Assembly (NCBI GenBank): GCA_905178155.1
Contig: CAJINV010000001.1
Location: 13,328,635-13,392,634, forward strand
DNA from: Amoebophrya sp. A120
Lineage: Eukaryota; Protista; Dinoflagellata
Reading direction: 5' to 3'
DNA: 64,000 nucleotides
A program made the translations under genes and the position numbers. The notes beneath the pieces are model-generated. The model saw only the letters and a list, made by a program, of their open reading frames with translations, had not been told where the DNA came from and ran no database searches. Numbering within the stretch: the first letter of the stretch is position 1; each line of letters begins with the position of its first letter. Below are positions 25,491 through 37,641 of the stretch, one piece after another.

Positions 25491-26386
25491 TTGTTTTGAT
25501 TGTTGATTTGGAGCGGCACCGGGCGCATTTTTTTCCAGAGCGTGCGATAGCGCAAATGCTGTGTCGAGATCTCTCAAGGAACCGCCCGTAGCCTGATCCT
25601 TGCGCTTTGTCGGCGAAAAGATTCTTGACGCAACAAAAATTCCGAGTTCGCCACAAAGTGGCACGAGGGACTGGTTCCCGCTGGTAAGATTCTTGCTTTT
25701 GATCTTTAAAACTCTCTGATCAGCATGGCATTGCATGTTCGTGGTGGGTGTCACCCACGACGAACATGCAACCTGTTTTCTGAACGCTTGCAAGTGCAAC
25801 AAGTAGGATGCAGCGTTTTAGGTATCGCGTCACGGAGGAGGAGGCACAGAGGAGGAGGACAGGGATGAGAACCCTGATACGTGCAAGATTACGTATGGTG
25901 ATAGGCAGCGGCTGCTGTTTTGTGTTTCTTTGTCATGTTTGACAATGAATTTCCCTTGGTCTCAACCACGTCCGCGGGGTACATTGAAGCGAATGAAAAT
26001 GTGTGCGGAATACGACATAGAGAAGATTGCAGCGAGTGTACAAGTAAACCAACTGAATGGGGTACCGCTCCCGCGGATACGCTTTTACATGGACTTTTGC
26101 ACCTGCACGCAGCGCCAAGAAGGGCAGATGAAAAGGATTATGCAAGGCAGAAATAGGTGTGACAACGAGTTGTTTCATTCAGATTTATGGGTCATTATTT
26201 CGTAGGCGTAGTTGCAAGCTGATAGTAGGGAAAATTTCAGCTAGTGGAAGTGCAGATAATTGTCAACCAACAAGTATTTTCACAAATTATGGAATTCTTC
26301 CTCCAGCAGCTTTGTTGAGTCATGGGGGTGTAGTTGATGATCAAAAACTAGTATTGGCTTCCTAACTAACCGGACTTGCCATCCAG

Positions 26387-27374
26387 TCAATCACCGCCCT
26401 CAAGCTGGTAGCGAGGACTTGGAAAAAGATCTTGTCTCCTATGGCTCCTCCTGTGGCTGCGGGCTGGTCGACCCGCTGTGATTACTGTGCGTACCCCCCT
26501 TCGCAGAGGCGGTATCAACGACAATTCCTGGTGAAGGAGCCGCTGTAAACTGCTGCGTTTGCTGCAGCTTATCGACGGTCTGTAGCGAGAATGATGTAAA
26601 ACCATCGTTTTATGTCTGATATGCAAATGCAAGCAGAAAGAAAACGAAATCCAAATGCACTGAACAACTTAACTATCGACAAGGAGCAACGAAAATCTTA
26701 CCCGCTCGTGCTGGTCCAGCAGTACTGAGTACATCGATTCCATTTCTTTCAGGTCGTTTCGGTGCTTCGTCCGCTCCTGTTCCAAGATTCGCTGAAGTTG
26801 TAGGGCTTCCGCCTTCGCTTCGTCTAGTGCCGTGCGTAAACGCGCGTTCTCCTCCTCTAACCGATGCTCGCGGGACCCTGGACGAATGCGAGTGATTGTA
26901 GGATTCTTTGGCTGCAGAAACGGGTGCGACTTTTTTCCCATGACATACCGCAAACAAAGTATTTTCTAGAAGTAAGCAACTATTCTTTATACTTGAATGC
27001 CGGATGGATTTCTGTACGGCGGGCACGGCTTGGCTGAGCATTGTGGCGATGTTCTGTAAGCGTTCGCAGTTTTCGAAGTCCTGTGCTCCTCCGTCCCCCG
27101 GATCGGAAGCACGATCGTCCGACTGACCCAATATCAGCGGGAGAACAACCGGCGCCTGGATTCTGGTGTCTCCGTCTGGTCTCTTGTCTTCTGTCCGATG
27201 CTGGAGAAAGCCGCCCTGAATCGTGCAGCTGTCATCGACATCTTGTGGTGGGGCAGCCTTCCAAATCGGTCCGTCGTCCTCGGCGCGGTAGCGTGAGCTC
27301 CGACTGTTTCCATGCTCCTCCGACGTGCCTCCTCCCAATGTGAAGGATATGCGCGGCTCGTTGGTAGTTCTCAT
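26387..27374 (-). CDS. Hypothetical coiled-coil protein (multi-exon, approximate)
   Basis: ORF pieces 27374-27020 and 26953-26700 (LEEENARLRTALDEAKAEALQLQRILEQER), each followed by a GT donor. Confidence 0.5.
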
Positions 27375-28185
27375 GTTGTGTTCGAGCGCAAATACACTGA
27401 GTGACGAAGGAAAGGTTTAAGCCAAACTCCACAAAACCTGTTTCTAGTACATACTTACTCTAGGCACCCGGCTGCAGTGGCAGCAACGAGAAAACTTTGC
27501 TGTTGCTTGTCATCATTCTTGTTCCTGAAATACTCCTTCTCTCACTGCATCGAAAAGCGCTTCACTACGGTTACCACTCAGAAAGAGTCAACAAACACGA
27601 TAAGGCCACCGCTCTTCTAGAAGGCGTACATCTCAACATAACGCTCTCTTCGCACTCTTTCGTCTTGTACACAAGAACAAACACAACGGGAACATTCTCC
27701 AACAAGCAGCGAGTTCAGTTGTCGTAAATCTGTTTATCTAGTTGCTCATGCTTTTCCATACACGCGATCTATTATTTTGGTTCTGCTCGTCTGCCGTGCT
27801 TGTCCAAGTGATTGAGAATCGAAGAGGACTAGCGAACCGGCACATCATTCAAGAGTAGCAAAACCAAATTGCAAATCATCATGCTCTTGGTTGATCGATG
27901 CGCCAAATCAAATGGGCACTTTTCTAGTTGTGATTGGCGTCGAAGAATCCAAAGCAAAACAAGACAAGCAAAACATAAACGCTTGGATTAGGTACATCAT
28001 ACATACAGTCGGTAGATTGCTAGTAATACCGTACACTGGCTCCTTGATATGAATCTGGATATGAAACATCTTCTGCATGTTCGTACTATCACTATCAGTA
28101 TCAACATTGGTCGAATAATATTACACATCAGCAGGACGGCGAAACTCATGTTTTTTCTTTTCCACAAGCAGCTGCTTACTATCGC

Positions 28186-29592
28186 TTAAAGAGCCTCACT
28201 TTGGTTCATCTGCTTGAAAACGATTTCGTCCCAGCCCTTCGCATTTCCGAAAAATGACCTCATGTGTGAGATCCGACGCTTCCCGACACTGTAGCAGATC
28301 ATGTCGTGATGCTCTACTTCGGTCTTCTCTGCTCCTTCAGCTGTAGTCGAATCCGAATTTGCATTGTTGGTGCTTCGCACGACATATTTCCAGTCGAAGT
28401 ACACCTTTCCACTGTCGGGTGGTCCGGGGAAGAGCTGCGATTGCCGAATAGAGATCGCCTGCCCACTTAAAAATTGCAACCAGGAAGCGCTTTCGTCCAG
28501 GCCCTCGTATTCACGAAAGACGGAACCACGGGGTCCCCGGCAATCGCACGAAAAATCGTCCTCGAAGAAATTTTTCAAAACATTCCGAACATCAGCAGGT
28601 AAGGGTGGCCTCGGATCTTGCGGTTCAGGGATGGGATTTTGTTCCGACAGTTCGTCCTGCACTTCGTCATCCTGGTCCTGCGTGGACTTTTTAATTACAC
28701 GAACGGAGGACTCCTCCGGTTCGATATCGCAGCTGCCGACGGACGCGCGCTGCATCTTGGAATAGCGATTACTCTTTCGTCTGGACGATTCGCGGCTCGA
28801 AGAGCGATCTGCTACGGCATTTGTTGTTCCTTCCTTCTCTTCCTCTCTCCGCTCCGCTTCTGTCATTTCCTGAAACACCAAGCTGAGCTCGTCGCAGTTT
28901 TCTGGATCGCTACTGGCCGCGGAGTCCGTTAAGGCTGGAGAGCAGTAGGCTGTGGATCGCGGACTTGAGGCCTGGTCGCTCTCCAACTTCAGTTTTTCAA
29001 ATGCCTCGCGACTCCCGTTCTTGCTAATTTCGCTCAGCAGGCTTACCGGTTGCTCAAGGTCTGCGGCCGTTGCACTGATCAGGGTCGGGGTCGCAGTCAC
29101 GATGAAGCTAGGTTGTGTTAGAAGCTTGTTGTCTTCATCGGATCGTTGTTTAAGCAGTATTGTTGTTGTCGCCACGACACTGTCAATCGATCGCGAATCG
29201 TGTTCCTTTTTCGCACCCTGTGCTCTCGAATCATCCGGCGTCACGGTTCTGGCAGGCGGCTCAAAGGGTCGGTGCGGCGATGAATGGGAATCCACGCTAG
29301 CCGGTCCTCTTTGAGGATCGCCCGACTCTCTTTTCTCGTTCGTTCTTCCTTTCATCATCGACTTTCGCGTCCCCGCGACCGCCAAAGGAACGAGAGACAC
29401 CTCTGCAAGGGGCGGGAGTTTCGCCAAGTGCGGATGAAACGCCCCGGAGACCCAGCTGTCCAGCATGCGGCTGACAATCGCCATGTTCTTTGCCTGATCG
29501 GGCGTCAGCTGGCCGCTGCAGCGGTCTGCTTCCGCCGGATCCTCAGACACCTGAGCTGCAGTGTCCGCGAATGCAATAAAACGGTCGGCCAT
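28186..29592 (-). CDS. Hypothetical protein, disordered centre, globular C-terminus
   Basis: Uninterrupted 468-aa ORF in the co-oriented gene array. Confidence 0.65.
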   Translation of the reverse strand: MADRFIAFADTAAQVSEDPAEADRCSGQLTPDQAKNMAIVSRMLDSWVSGAFHPHLAKLPPLAEVSLVPLAVAGTRKSMMKGRTNEKRESGDPQRGPASVDSHSSPHRPFEPPARTVTPDDSRAQGAKKEHDSRSIDSVVATTTILLKQRSDEDNKLLTQPSFIVTATPTLISATAADLEQPVSLLSEISKNGSREAFEKLKLESDQASSPRSTAYCSPALTDSAASSDPENCDELSLVFQEMTEAERREEEKEGTTNAVADRSSSRESSRRKSNRYSKMQRASVGSCDIEPEESSVRVIKKSTQDQDDEVQDELSEQNPIPEPQDPRPPLPADVRNVLKNFFEDDFSCDCRGPRGSVFREYEGLDESASWLQFLSGQAISIRQSQLFPGPPDSGKVYFDWKYVVRSTNNANSDSTTAEGAEKTEVEHHDMICYSVGKRRISHMRSFFGNAKGWDEIVFKQMNQSEAL

Positions 29593-30484
29593 ATTTTGGA
29601 CGCGAGAAGCAGAAGTATAATAGAGCTAGTAGTTATCAAAAAACTCTGAAAGGCACCGACTATTGCCAGTCAATGGATAAAACGATTTCATTCCCTTCGA
29701 AATTTTTATGGTTTGTTTCAGTTGAAGATTGCTACGAAAAACAAACTGCACACCATGTTGCTGATCTTCAGTACTCTAGTGAAACGAAGTGGCTGTGCTA
29801 CACTGATAGGCGACAACGCTCAAACCAAAAGGGTTTTCGCATTGCGCTAGGAACAAAGAAATGTGAACCATACAAGGTTCTAGAACAACTTGAGCTACAC
29901 AAATTAATCCAAGCTAGTGAATGAAAGTTCCTTGCAAAAAAAAAATCGAGGCATGCATCAAAGAAAGAGACAAAACTTTCAAAACAAAGCCGAAAATTGT
30001 TCTTTGAAAGAATTACTTTTTAGAATGTCGGGCTAAAAATATCGTGGGCACTAACAAAAAAATCAAGGAGCCTGGAAAATTGAATATGATCACGCTGCAT
30101 TTCGAGCAAGAAAACCGAAAGAAAATGATCCAAACTTTTCTGAGTCTCTCACACACAAAACTCATTGAAATCACTCGAGGTTTCCTAACTTGCTTCTCGT
30201 ACTACCAGAACGAGCTTTCGAAAACTCGAACTCCTCAGAACACCGCCACTTATTATAGGACGTTTCATCGCTGCGCTCTGAATATTCCTACAGCATTCGG
30301 AGACAGAAAATTTTTTTTCGTTGATCGTACTCACTGCGCGTGTGGGTATGCTGATATGAACTTGTAGCGTCGATGAACTGCGTTTGTTGCACTTGCAATT
30401 CTAAATGAGTACACAAAGCGTTTAAGCTTACAGAGAACCATGAGGTGGGGACAGTGCTAGGTAGACTAACTTGGGCTAGCCTTC

Positions 30485-33364
30485 TCAATCGAATAGATCC
30501 CAGGCCTCGTTGCTTTGATCGAGTGTTTCGGGTAACGCAGTGAATTTCCCTGCTTGGACTTCGTTGCTCTGCCAGAGAATGCGGAGGCAGTGCGAGCTGC
30601 TTTCCTCGGTCTGCTCCTGCTCCGAGACATTGCCCAAGCGCATTGGCAAGGGTAAGCAGGCGGAGACGTCTACTTGCCCTTCCATCTGCAACTCATTCCG
30701 CTTTTTTTCCGCAGTCTTGGGAGTAGGGGGCGGTTGCTTTTCATCATTTTTCTCTACTGACGCTTCCCCTGCGACGTGCTTGATCTCTTCTAGCGGACAA
30801 CTCCTCCGTGCCGCCACCTCGCACCTGTGTCCGCAACTCCTCGTCGGCCAACGCCAGAACTCGATGACCAGCACCCGGCGCTCCCCCGCAGTTACCGGCT
30901 GCACACAGTGGTACTTGTGGGACACGAACAGCAGAGCGTCACCTTGGCTTTCGAAGTTGTGTTTTTCCAAATCACCATTCTTTTCCAGCGTCCCAAAGTC
31001 CCCACCAGAAAAGGAGGAAACACTTTCGGAGAGCAAAATGTCCAATGTGAGCAAGGAATCCTGGTCGTAGTGCCAGGGATCGGGTAACCCGGGCGACGGC
31101 GCAACCTGTCTGTGATACTCGATTACCCGCATGTTGAAGTTGCCGTCCTGAATCAGGTCCCAGTTTTCTTTGTCTGCTTTCTTCACTCGTTGCAAAATTT
31201 TCTCGCAAATCTCGGGAAATTCCGTCTGAAAGCGTAGCCCCTGCTGCAAAAACAGCACCTTCCAGGCCTTCCTCTTGTCGTGCGACCGTACCTCGGACCC
31301 GATCCTCTCGTCCGCACAGTCTTGCGCGAGTCGTTCGATTTGCGAAATTTCATCCGCTGTGAGAACATTGCGTAATTTCACAACAGGCATTTGCTGGGCG
31401 TCGCGCAAGGTGGGAAGTGGGGGCTGCTTGCTCTCTTTCTCGTCCGCCTGTTCCCTTGGGGTTTCCAGATCCGCGTCGTCTTTTTGGCCGAAGGAAAAAT
31501 TCGGCTTTTGCAAAATCGCCCGATCTTCGGCCTCGACCACCTGTTCGTCCCACTCATGCAGACTAAGTTCCAGACTCTCAGCGCCTCGTCTCGCAAACAC
31601 GACAACGTCTTCTTGATCCGTGCACCAGGTTTTGCTCAACTTGTCGTTGTCATCCGCGGGGGATCCATGTTCCTCCTCCTGCGCTCCACGCAACTGGAAC
31701 TCCGCAACCTGGAGCACGGATTCCATCTTGTTCTCAGCTTTCTGACGCTGCTTCGCAATATTCCCGCCGGTACAGCCATGCTCACGAAGAATCAGTGTGC
31801 CGAGATTTTCATTCCGCAGACAAGCGTTGAGCTGGGAGAGAGTACTAGAAGAGCCTGCCTCGTTGTTTTCCTTGCTGGTCACTTGAAGGAGCGTCGAAGC
31901 AGGCTCCTCACCTACGACGACAATGTCGTAGGCTCCAACATTTTCCTCGCGCGCGGCGAAGCTTTCCAACGTCTCTGGGAAAACACGAGCGGAAATCACC
32001 TCTGGGAGGGCACGCAAATTCGCCACTGATTTCTTCTTTTTCGCGGCACGCGGCTTCGCGTTTTGTTCTTCCGTGTCGTCGCGCAACGCGCCTTCTTTAC
32101 CTGGTCCTTGGTACGTCGCAATGCTAAACGCATCTTCTTCCGCAACTTCGTCCGTAGGTGCACCGTCCTGTGCAAGATGAACCGCTTTTGTACCAGCGAA
32201 GCCAAAAAACGTCTTTGCGTATTCGAAAACTTGATTATTGGGCTCCACTACGTCCAGTTGCAGCAAATCACCGTTGAGTCGCGCATTATCCCGGTAAAAA
32301 TATCGGGCGATCGCAGAGACTAATTGACCGCAGCCTAAGCCAACGAAAAGAATCTTGATTTTCGGGCTGCTTTGGTGCTCGCCTTTCTGTATCTTGTTCA
32401 TTAGTGTGCGAATGGTCAGAGCGGTTAAACCAAACATGGTCGAGGTCAGCCAGGAGTCTTGCGGTGCCATGCCTGGCAGCTGTGCCATGTCCATCTGCCC
32501 AAAATGCCGATCTTGGTTGGCCGAAGAAGGAACCGCCCGCTCTTGTATTTTACCACTTTTTCCTGTCTCGTCTTCGTGTCCGATCGGTCCGCTAGCGGGC
32601 GATTCGCTACTCTTCACCACAGCCGGCCGCCAGAAGTCCACGTCAATTCCGCGCCACGCGCCCTGCACGAGATTCCGCATTACTGCGTAAGACTCCCCGT
32701 CTTCGTCCACGCACAAAATGTCCAGCACGGCAAGAGGCTGGCTCACATAGCTTGGATTGAAATGCACCACTTCCACCGGCCAGCGGAGGCGCCCAGCGAA
32801 CACGTTCGCCGTGGTGAGCATCGGGACACACTGCATCAGATACAGCTGCCACGTTTCGTCTTCCAAGTGCACATCTAAAACTGACACATTTTCGCTTCGG
32901 ACACCGTTTTTGACACAGTAAAACTCTGTGTCGCGGGAAGACTGGAATCGCACGTGATTTTTCATTTTCTTCTTCTCGTCTGCGCTCGTGCAGCCTTCCT
33001 TGTCGTCTTCGATTATGCGTAGATGGTTTATGGCCTGCTGGGGATCCCCAGCACACGTCCAGCCAGAACGGTGGAGGCGCATCACAGCCGTGAGCCACAG
33101 ACACTCCATCATTTTGCCAACGTTGGGCATGATGATCTTCTCCGGGTGTTGCAGCTGGTAGAGCATGAGCAGGAACACGTTCGGGTCGGAGAGTAGCGCG
33201 CTTGCATTGTCCACATTTGCCACCTGCGGCGCGCTCGTCGTTTTCGTTGTACTCGCAGAAGCTACCGCAGGAGCAGCATCAGCAACCTCGTCGGGTGCTT
33301 CTTTTTCATTCGCGCCACGACGGCGGCGCGGCTTTTGCTTGTTTCTTGTGCCTTTGGGTGGCAT
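30485..33364 (-). CDS. Spermidine-synthase-like methyltransferase fused to an Fe(II)/2-oxoglutarate dioxygenase domain
   Basis: KILFVGLGCG...LDVVEPN (SAM-binding fold). WHYDQDSLLTLDILLS...FSGGDF...HCVQPVTAGERRVLVIEFW (HxD...H...R). Single exon. Confidence 0.8.
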   Translation of the reverse strand: MPPKGTRNKQKPRRRRGANEKEAPDEVADAAPAVASASTTKTTSAPQVANVDNASALLSDPNVFLLMLYQLQHPEKIIMPNVGKMMECLWLTAVMRLHRSGWTCAGDPQQAINHLRIIEDDKEGCTSADEKKKMKNHVRFQSSRDTEFYCVKNGVRSENVSVLDVHLEDETWQLYLMQCVPMLTTANVFAGRLRWPVEVVHFNPSYVSQPLAVLDILCVDEDGESYAVMRNLVQGAWRGIDVDFWRPAVVKSSESPASGPIGHEDETGKSGKIQERAVPSSANQDRHFGQMDMAQLPGMAPQDSWLTSTMFGLTALTIRTLMNKIQKGEHQSSPKIKILFVGLGCGQLVSAIARYFYRDNARLNGDLLQLDVVEPNNQVFEYAKTFFGFAGTKAVHLAQDGAPTDEVAEEDAFSIATYQGPGKEGALRDDTEEQNAKPRAAKKKKSVANLRALPEVISARVFPETLESFAAREENVGAYDIVVVGEEPASTLLQVTSKENNEAGSSSTLSQLNACLRNENLGTLILREHGCTGGNIAKQRQKAENKMESVLQVAEFQLRGAQEEEHGSPADDNDKLSKTWCTDQEDVVVFARRGAESLELSLHEWDEQVVEAEDRAILQKPNFSFGQKDDADLETPREQADEKESKQPPLPTLRDAQQMPVVKLRNVLTADEISQIERLAQDCADERIGSEVRSHDKRKAWKVLFLQQGLRFQTEFPEICEKILQRVKKADKENWDLIQDGNFNMRVIEYHRQVAPSPGLPDPWHYDQDSLLTLDILLSESVSSFSGGDFGTLEKNGDLEKHNFESQGDALLFVSHKYHCVQPVTAGERRVLVIEFWRWPTRSCGHRCEVAARRSCPLEEIKHVAGEASVEKNDEKQPPPTPKTAEKKRNELQMEGQVDVSACLPLPMRLGNVSEQEQTEESSSHCLRILWQSNEVQAGKFTALPETLDQSNEAWDLFD

Positions 33365-34129
33365 GGTTTCGTCGCGGGAAAAAATAGGTAATGGTAATGA
33401 AAGAGATGAAACAACTAGGGGAAATAGATTAAACAAGTAAGACGTCTTCACTGGGATCAGCGTTCTTGTAGTGTACTATCTTCAAATTACTAAAATCAAT
33501 CGGCTGAACTCCATACTTACGCGACGTTGTCGTCAGACCTGTTGATCATCACCAGCGTATGAAAAAGATCGTAAAAGCGTACAGCGTACAGCGCTCCGTA
33601 GCGATTGCGATCATCTGGATCGTATTTCAATCACATTAGAGTTCATCAAGCGGATCTTTCTTGTTTAGCATCACGCGCTTCCAACGAATCATTCCGGATC
33701 GTTTCAATCTATCGGGCGGATCCGATCCTCCGTTCATCATCAGCGATGGATTGCTCAGATCATTTTTGGAACCAAGGCAAACCACGTCACAATGGCACCA
33801 GAACCTTGAAGATCTGTGCACACGAACTTCTGCATCATTTGTTGATTAGGACATCAAACCCAGGCCTTTTTCTCTGGGCGTTGTCGCTTCTTTCGTCGGG
33901 CTTTTAAAACCGTGAATCGCTCGTAGAAGAATGAGAAACTGCCGATCTTTATCGATCATCATACATACATTCAACTTCATCCTGCTCAGCGTTTCGGTTG
34001 CACTGCGTTTTGATCTACAAGCAACTTCGACTGTATCGATTCAAGCAAATTTATTTTTTTTTTTGTATGAGATCCGCTATAAACCATAAGCAAAGAGAAG
34101 TAGTGCAGATCCTAGTGTTCAAGGAGGAT

Positions 34130-36410
34130 TAAGATAGGTCTCTGCTCATCTCCTCCTCCGCCGCGGTTCAATGTGATCAGCAAATTTATTCGGTAAAATG
34201 TGTTCAGCAAGCGTGCTGCTGGATATATCAGCCAGCACCTTGGATTTTTTGTGAAATTAGATTACTCAAGCAGATTACTACAACAGGAGGCGAAGGGAAG
34301 ATTACAAGGAAACCTCTGCAGAAACCATCGGATCGTACTCGGAACAATTTGAAGTTTAGCAAGTGAGAAGTGAACTTGCTTCACTCACCCTTTCGCAACC
34401 TCTTCGACCCATTTGTAGTCCTCGGGTGGCGCTCCCTCGGCCTCTCCTTGTTTTGGCGTTGGTGGCCGGTCCGGGAACGACTTCTCGTACAGTAATTGCA
34501 CGACGCGCTGCTGCGACAGCAAAAGCTCCAACACCCTTTCGCGCGCGGGCTGCCCCAGTTCGTGCAGAGAAACATCGCTAGCCTGCGGCTCACCGAGGGG
34601 TTCTGTCGTGAAATTCACATGGCAGTTGTTTACGAGTCCTTATCTAAGGCTCGATGACGATGGAAGGGTCGACGAAGAAATCCTTCGAGTCAGAAATTGG
34701 CAAAATCTAAATCAAGAATGAAGTCGCAGCACATTTCGAAAAAAAATCATACTCCTCCCTGCTGCTTGCGAGTCTAGCTGCTTCTTCGCTACTTCGAGCT
34801 TCACGTCGTCGAGGCATTGCCGCAACAGCATTTCCAATTCCGTTCTTGAGTGCAACAGCTCATTCTGCGTATCTCGCATCATCCTGACCTGTAGCCTTTC
34901 GGAATCCAACATGCGCTGCAGTTTGTTTATCGCCTCCCGGTGAGCCAGCTCACGTTCGTACCTGTTGTACATGCAGATTGATCGGCACTCGTCACTCTCT
35001 TTCGCGCACCGCGAGATTTCTTCTAATTCTACTGTGGACGAATATCACTTGGCGTTGGTTTTCAACACAATCACAGAGAAACACTAATTTCAACAAACAA
35101 TTAGAATACGCCTTGTTCTTCGTGCTCGCGAGGAATTTACTGCGGTCATTTTTCGTATGTGCGCTACTCGCGCTGGCCCCGGGGACGGCGTTGCTCGCTA
35201 TTGCGTTCTGCAGGTCCTTCACTTTCTCATCCTTCTGCTGTATTTCTACGGTGAGTTTCGTATTCTCTTTTTTTGCGTTCACCAGCTCCTTCAGCAAAGC
35301 GTGCCGGTCGTCCTGCGTGTTTTGGAGATCGAGAACTTTTTTTCATCTGTGTTCTGTCCTCTGAACAAAACTTGCAATGCTTGCAAGTTGCGAAAAGAAC
35401 ACTCAAAAGTTAGTACGCAAACGCTTTCAAAAATACCTCGCGGGTCTTTATTATGTCCTGCAGTTTCTGGTTTTCCGCGATGAATTGCTGGTTTTTTTTG
35501 TCAAAGACGGCTGCTAGCTCCTGTGACGACTGCAGTTCTTGCAGCACCCGCTGATGCCTAGCCTGCAGCTCGGCGGAATAGTTGCCCTGAGGTACGATTT
35601 TGATGAAGTATGTCGATTCATGTGAAGAGTCTTTTTCGTTTTTTTATTGACGTGGAAAAACTTGATCAAAAACACACAAGATTCATTAGAAATTTCCTAC
35701 CTTCGCTGCTTTCTGATTTTCCAGCTCCTTGGAAAGATCCTGTAACCTGGCTCGAAAACTTCTCATGAGGTCCTTTTCCTGTTCCTGTAACACTTTAGCA
35801 GTGTTGTTTTGTATCCCGTCGAGCCCTTGTATGACGCTATCCTGCATGTTGCGGATTACATTCATGCGCTGGTAATGCTCCTCATCGGTGCGATCCTGTA
35901 GCTGCCTCTCCAGCGCTTCTATTGTCTTCTTCGCCTGAGTCTCTCGCTTTACGAAGGAACCAACCCGGTACCTGATATCGAAAATGAAAAGCGCCGTTGC
36001 TCGGGAGAAAAGAATTTAAGTACATCTTCTCTACGTGCCTCGCCTTGCAGAACGCGATGGTGAGTTTCGTCTATCAGCACACAAAAAACTGTACTTGAAC
36101 TGTGCTTCGAGCTGCCGATTTTTGTTGATCTCGTCATCGAGCTGCGCCTGGAGATCTCGTATGACATTGTCCTTGTCGCCGGCCGGAACCCGGCTTACGT
36201 CTATTTCGCGCTGCAGTGGTGGCTGGGCGAGCCGATCCGCTAGGCCGGGTGTCGTGTGGAGTAACTGGAGGTTTAGTGAAGGTGCGGCTTCAACAAGAAG
36301 AATTTTGCTTTTCGAGAGGAGAGGAAAAAAATAAAAAAACATGATTCAATGCAATGAAGAAAGAGCGATACCCGCCCAGCGGTATTCTGCGAGTTGATTA
36401 TGTCCGTCAT
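34130..36410 (-). CDS. Coiled-coil protein, BBOF1/CCDC176-like C-terminus (multi-exon, ends approximate)
   Basis: RTELEMLLRQCLDDVKLEV and RERVLELLLSQQRVVQLLYEKSFP. Many short heptad-rich exons with GT-AG borders. Confidence 0.6.
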
Positions 36411-37641
36411 GTTGAGCGAATGCTTGCACCAATCGCCCTATCCAGTGGTATCACTTCACCTAGTTCTCCAAAGCGCCTGACCTGCGCAGAAAGCTGTTCT
36501 TGGCCTAGCTTTGCTGGTCGAATGCCTCCGGGAAACTCGCTACGTCAGCCCGACGCCGGCGAGCAGCTTCTCCGTCCTGCCACTGTTTGTCAAATTTATC
36601 TTCGCACCCTTATTGCACCGAGTCAACTCTGGGTCTCCTCTACGAATTGCCAAAAAGTTTTCCAGACCCCTTATTTTCAGAAGCAAAAATTGGTCGCGGC
36701 TTCTGTTTGACGCGACACGTGAAGCAGTAGCTGGGAGCGCCTTCTGTTCATTGTATCTCCTTCGAATCTCCCCTCGAAAGTGCACTTTCGGATCGTTCGG
36801 TGGTGTCTCGTCCGCTAAGGTTGGCGAAGGAACTGAAGACAGTTTCCGGAAAGCAGCTAATTAAAACTGAATTCTACTCAGTTGGTTCTAGGTACGGTCG
36901 TTGGGGTAGCGTGTCGAGTGGATGCAGGAGGAGACACGCCTGGGACGAGAAGCCGCCACGTCGGTCTGACCTCTCGGCGATGCGTCTTCAGATGTTAATT
37001 ACTTCGTACAAAGAGAACTGAAATTGAGAACTTCAACAATTATGAGGAAAAGCTACAACTTCTACCCGCTAGCTGCCGTTGGGCTCACGACTTGTTTGAT
37101 GCCACAGGGTACGTTAATGCTCGGCGATACATTTGTTCAATACTCGAGTGCACCGCAAAAACCAGCGAAAAGACCTCTCCTCACAAATCAATGAGCCTTA
37201 GTGTGTTCGACAAGACAGCTCCTTCACCCGACCATACCTGTTGCTCTGGAAAGTTACTCACAAAACGACGACGACGACGACGGCTTCATCGATATTCTTT
37301 ATTGGCGATTAGACGATTGTTCTGTAGCTGTTCTCCTTTCTGCCAAACCAGGGCGGCCACTAACAGCTCAAGTGGAAGCGACATCGTCAAACGACAAAGT
37401 CGCATCAAACTGCGCCAGCTCACTAGACAGATCACAGCACCGAGGGGCACTGGTGGGCTTTTGTTTCATGATACTCGTACATAGATTTAATCGATGTTGA
37501 AGTTCACCAGGTTCGGGTAATTCCTTCAGAGCATTCATTGTACACGAGCGAAACAGAGGGTACACAACAAGGAAGTAGCGCTAGCGGTCAAAACCAACGT
37601 TATTGACCATTAGAAACATCTTGCTGTTGTTATACATTTAT

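Noticed and set aside
25920-26205. Overlapping short ORFs between the methyltransferase and coiled-coil genes
   Set aside because: No motif, splice pattern or composition signal distinguishing them from non-coding DNA.
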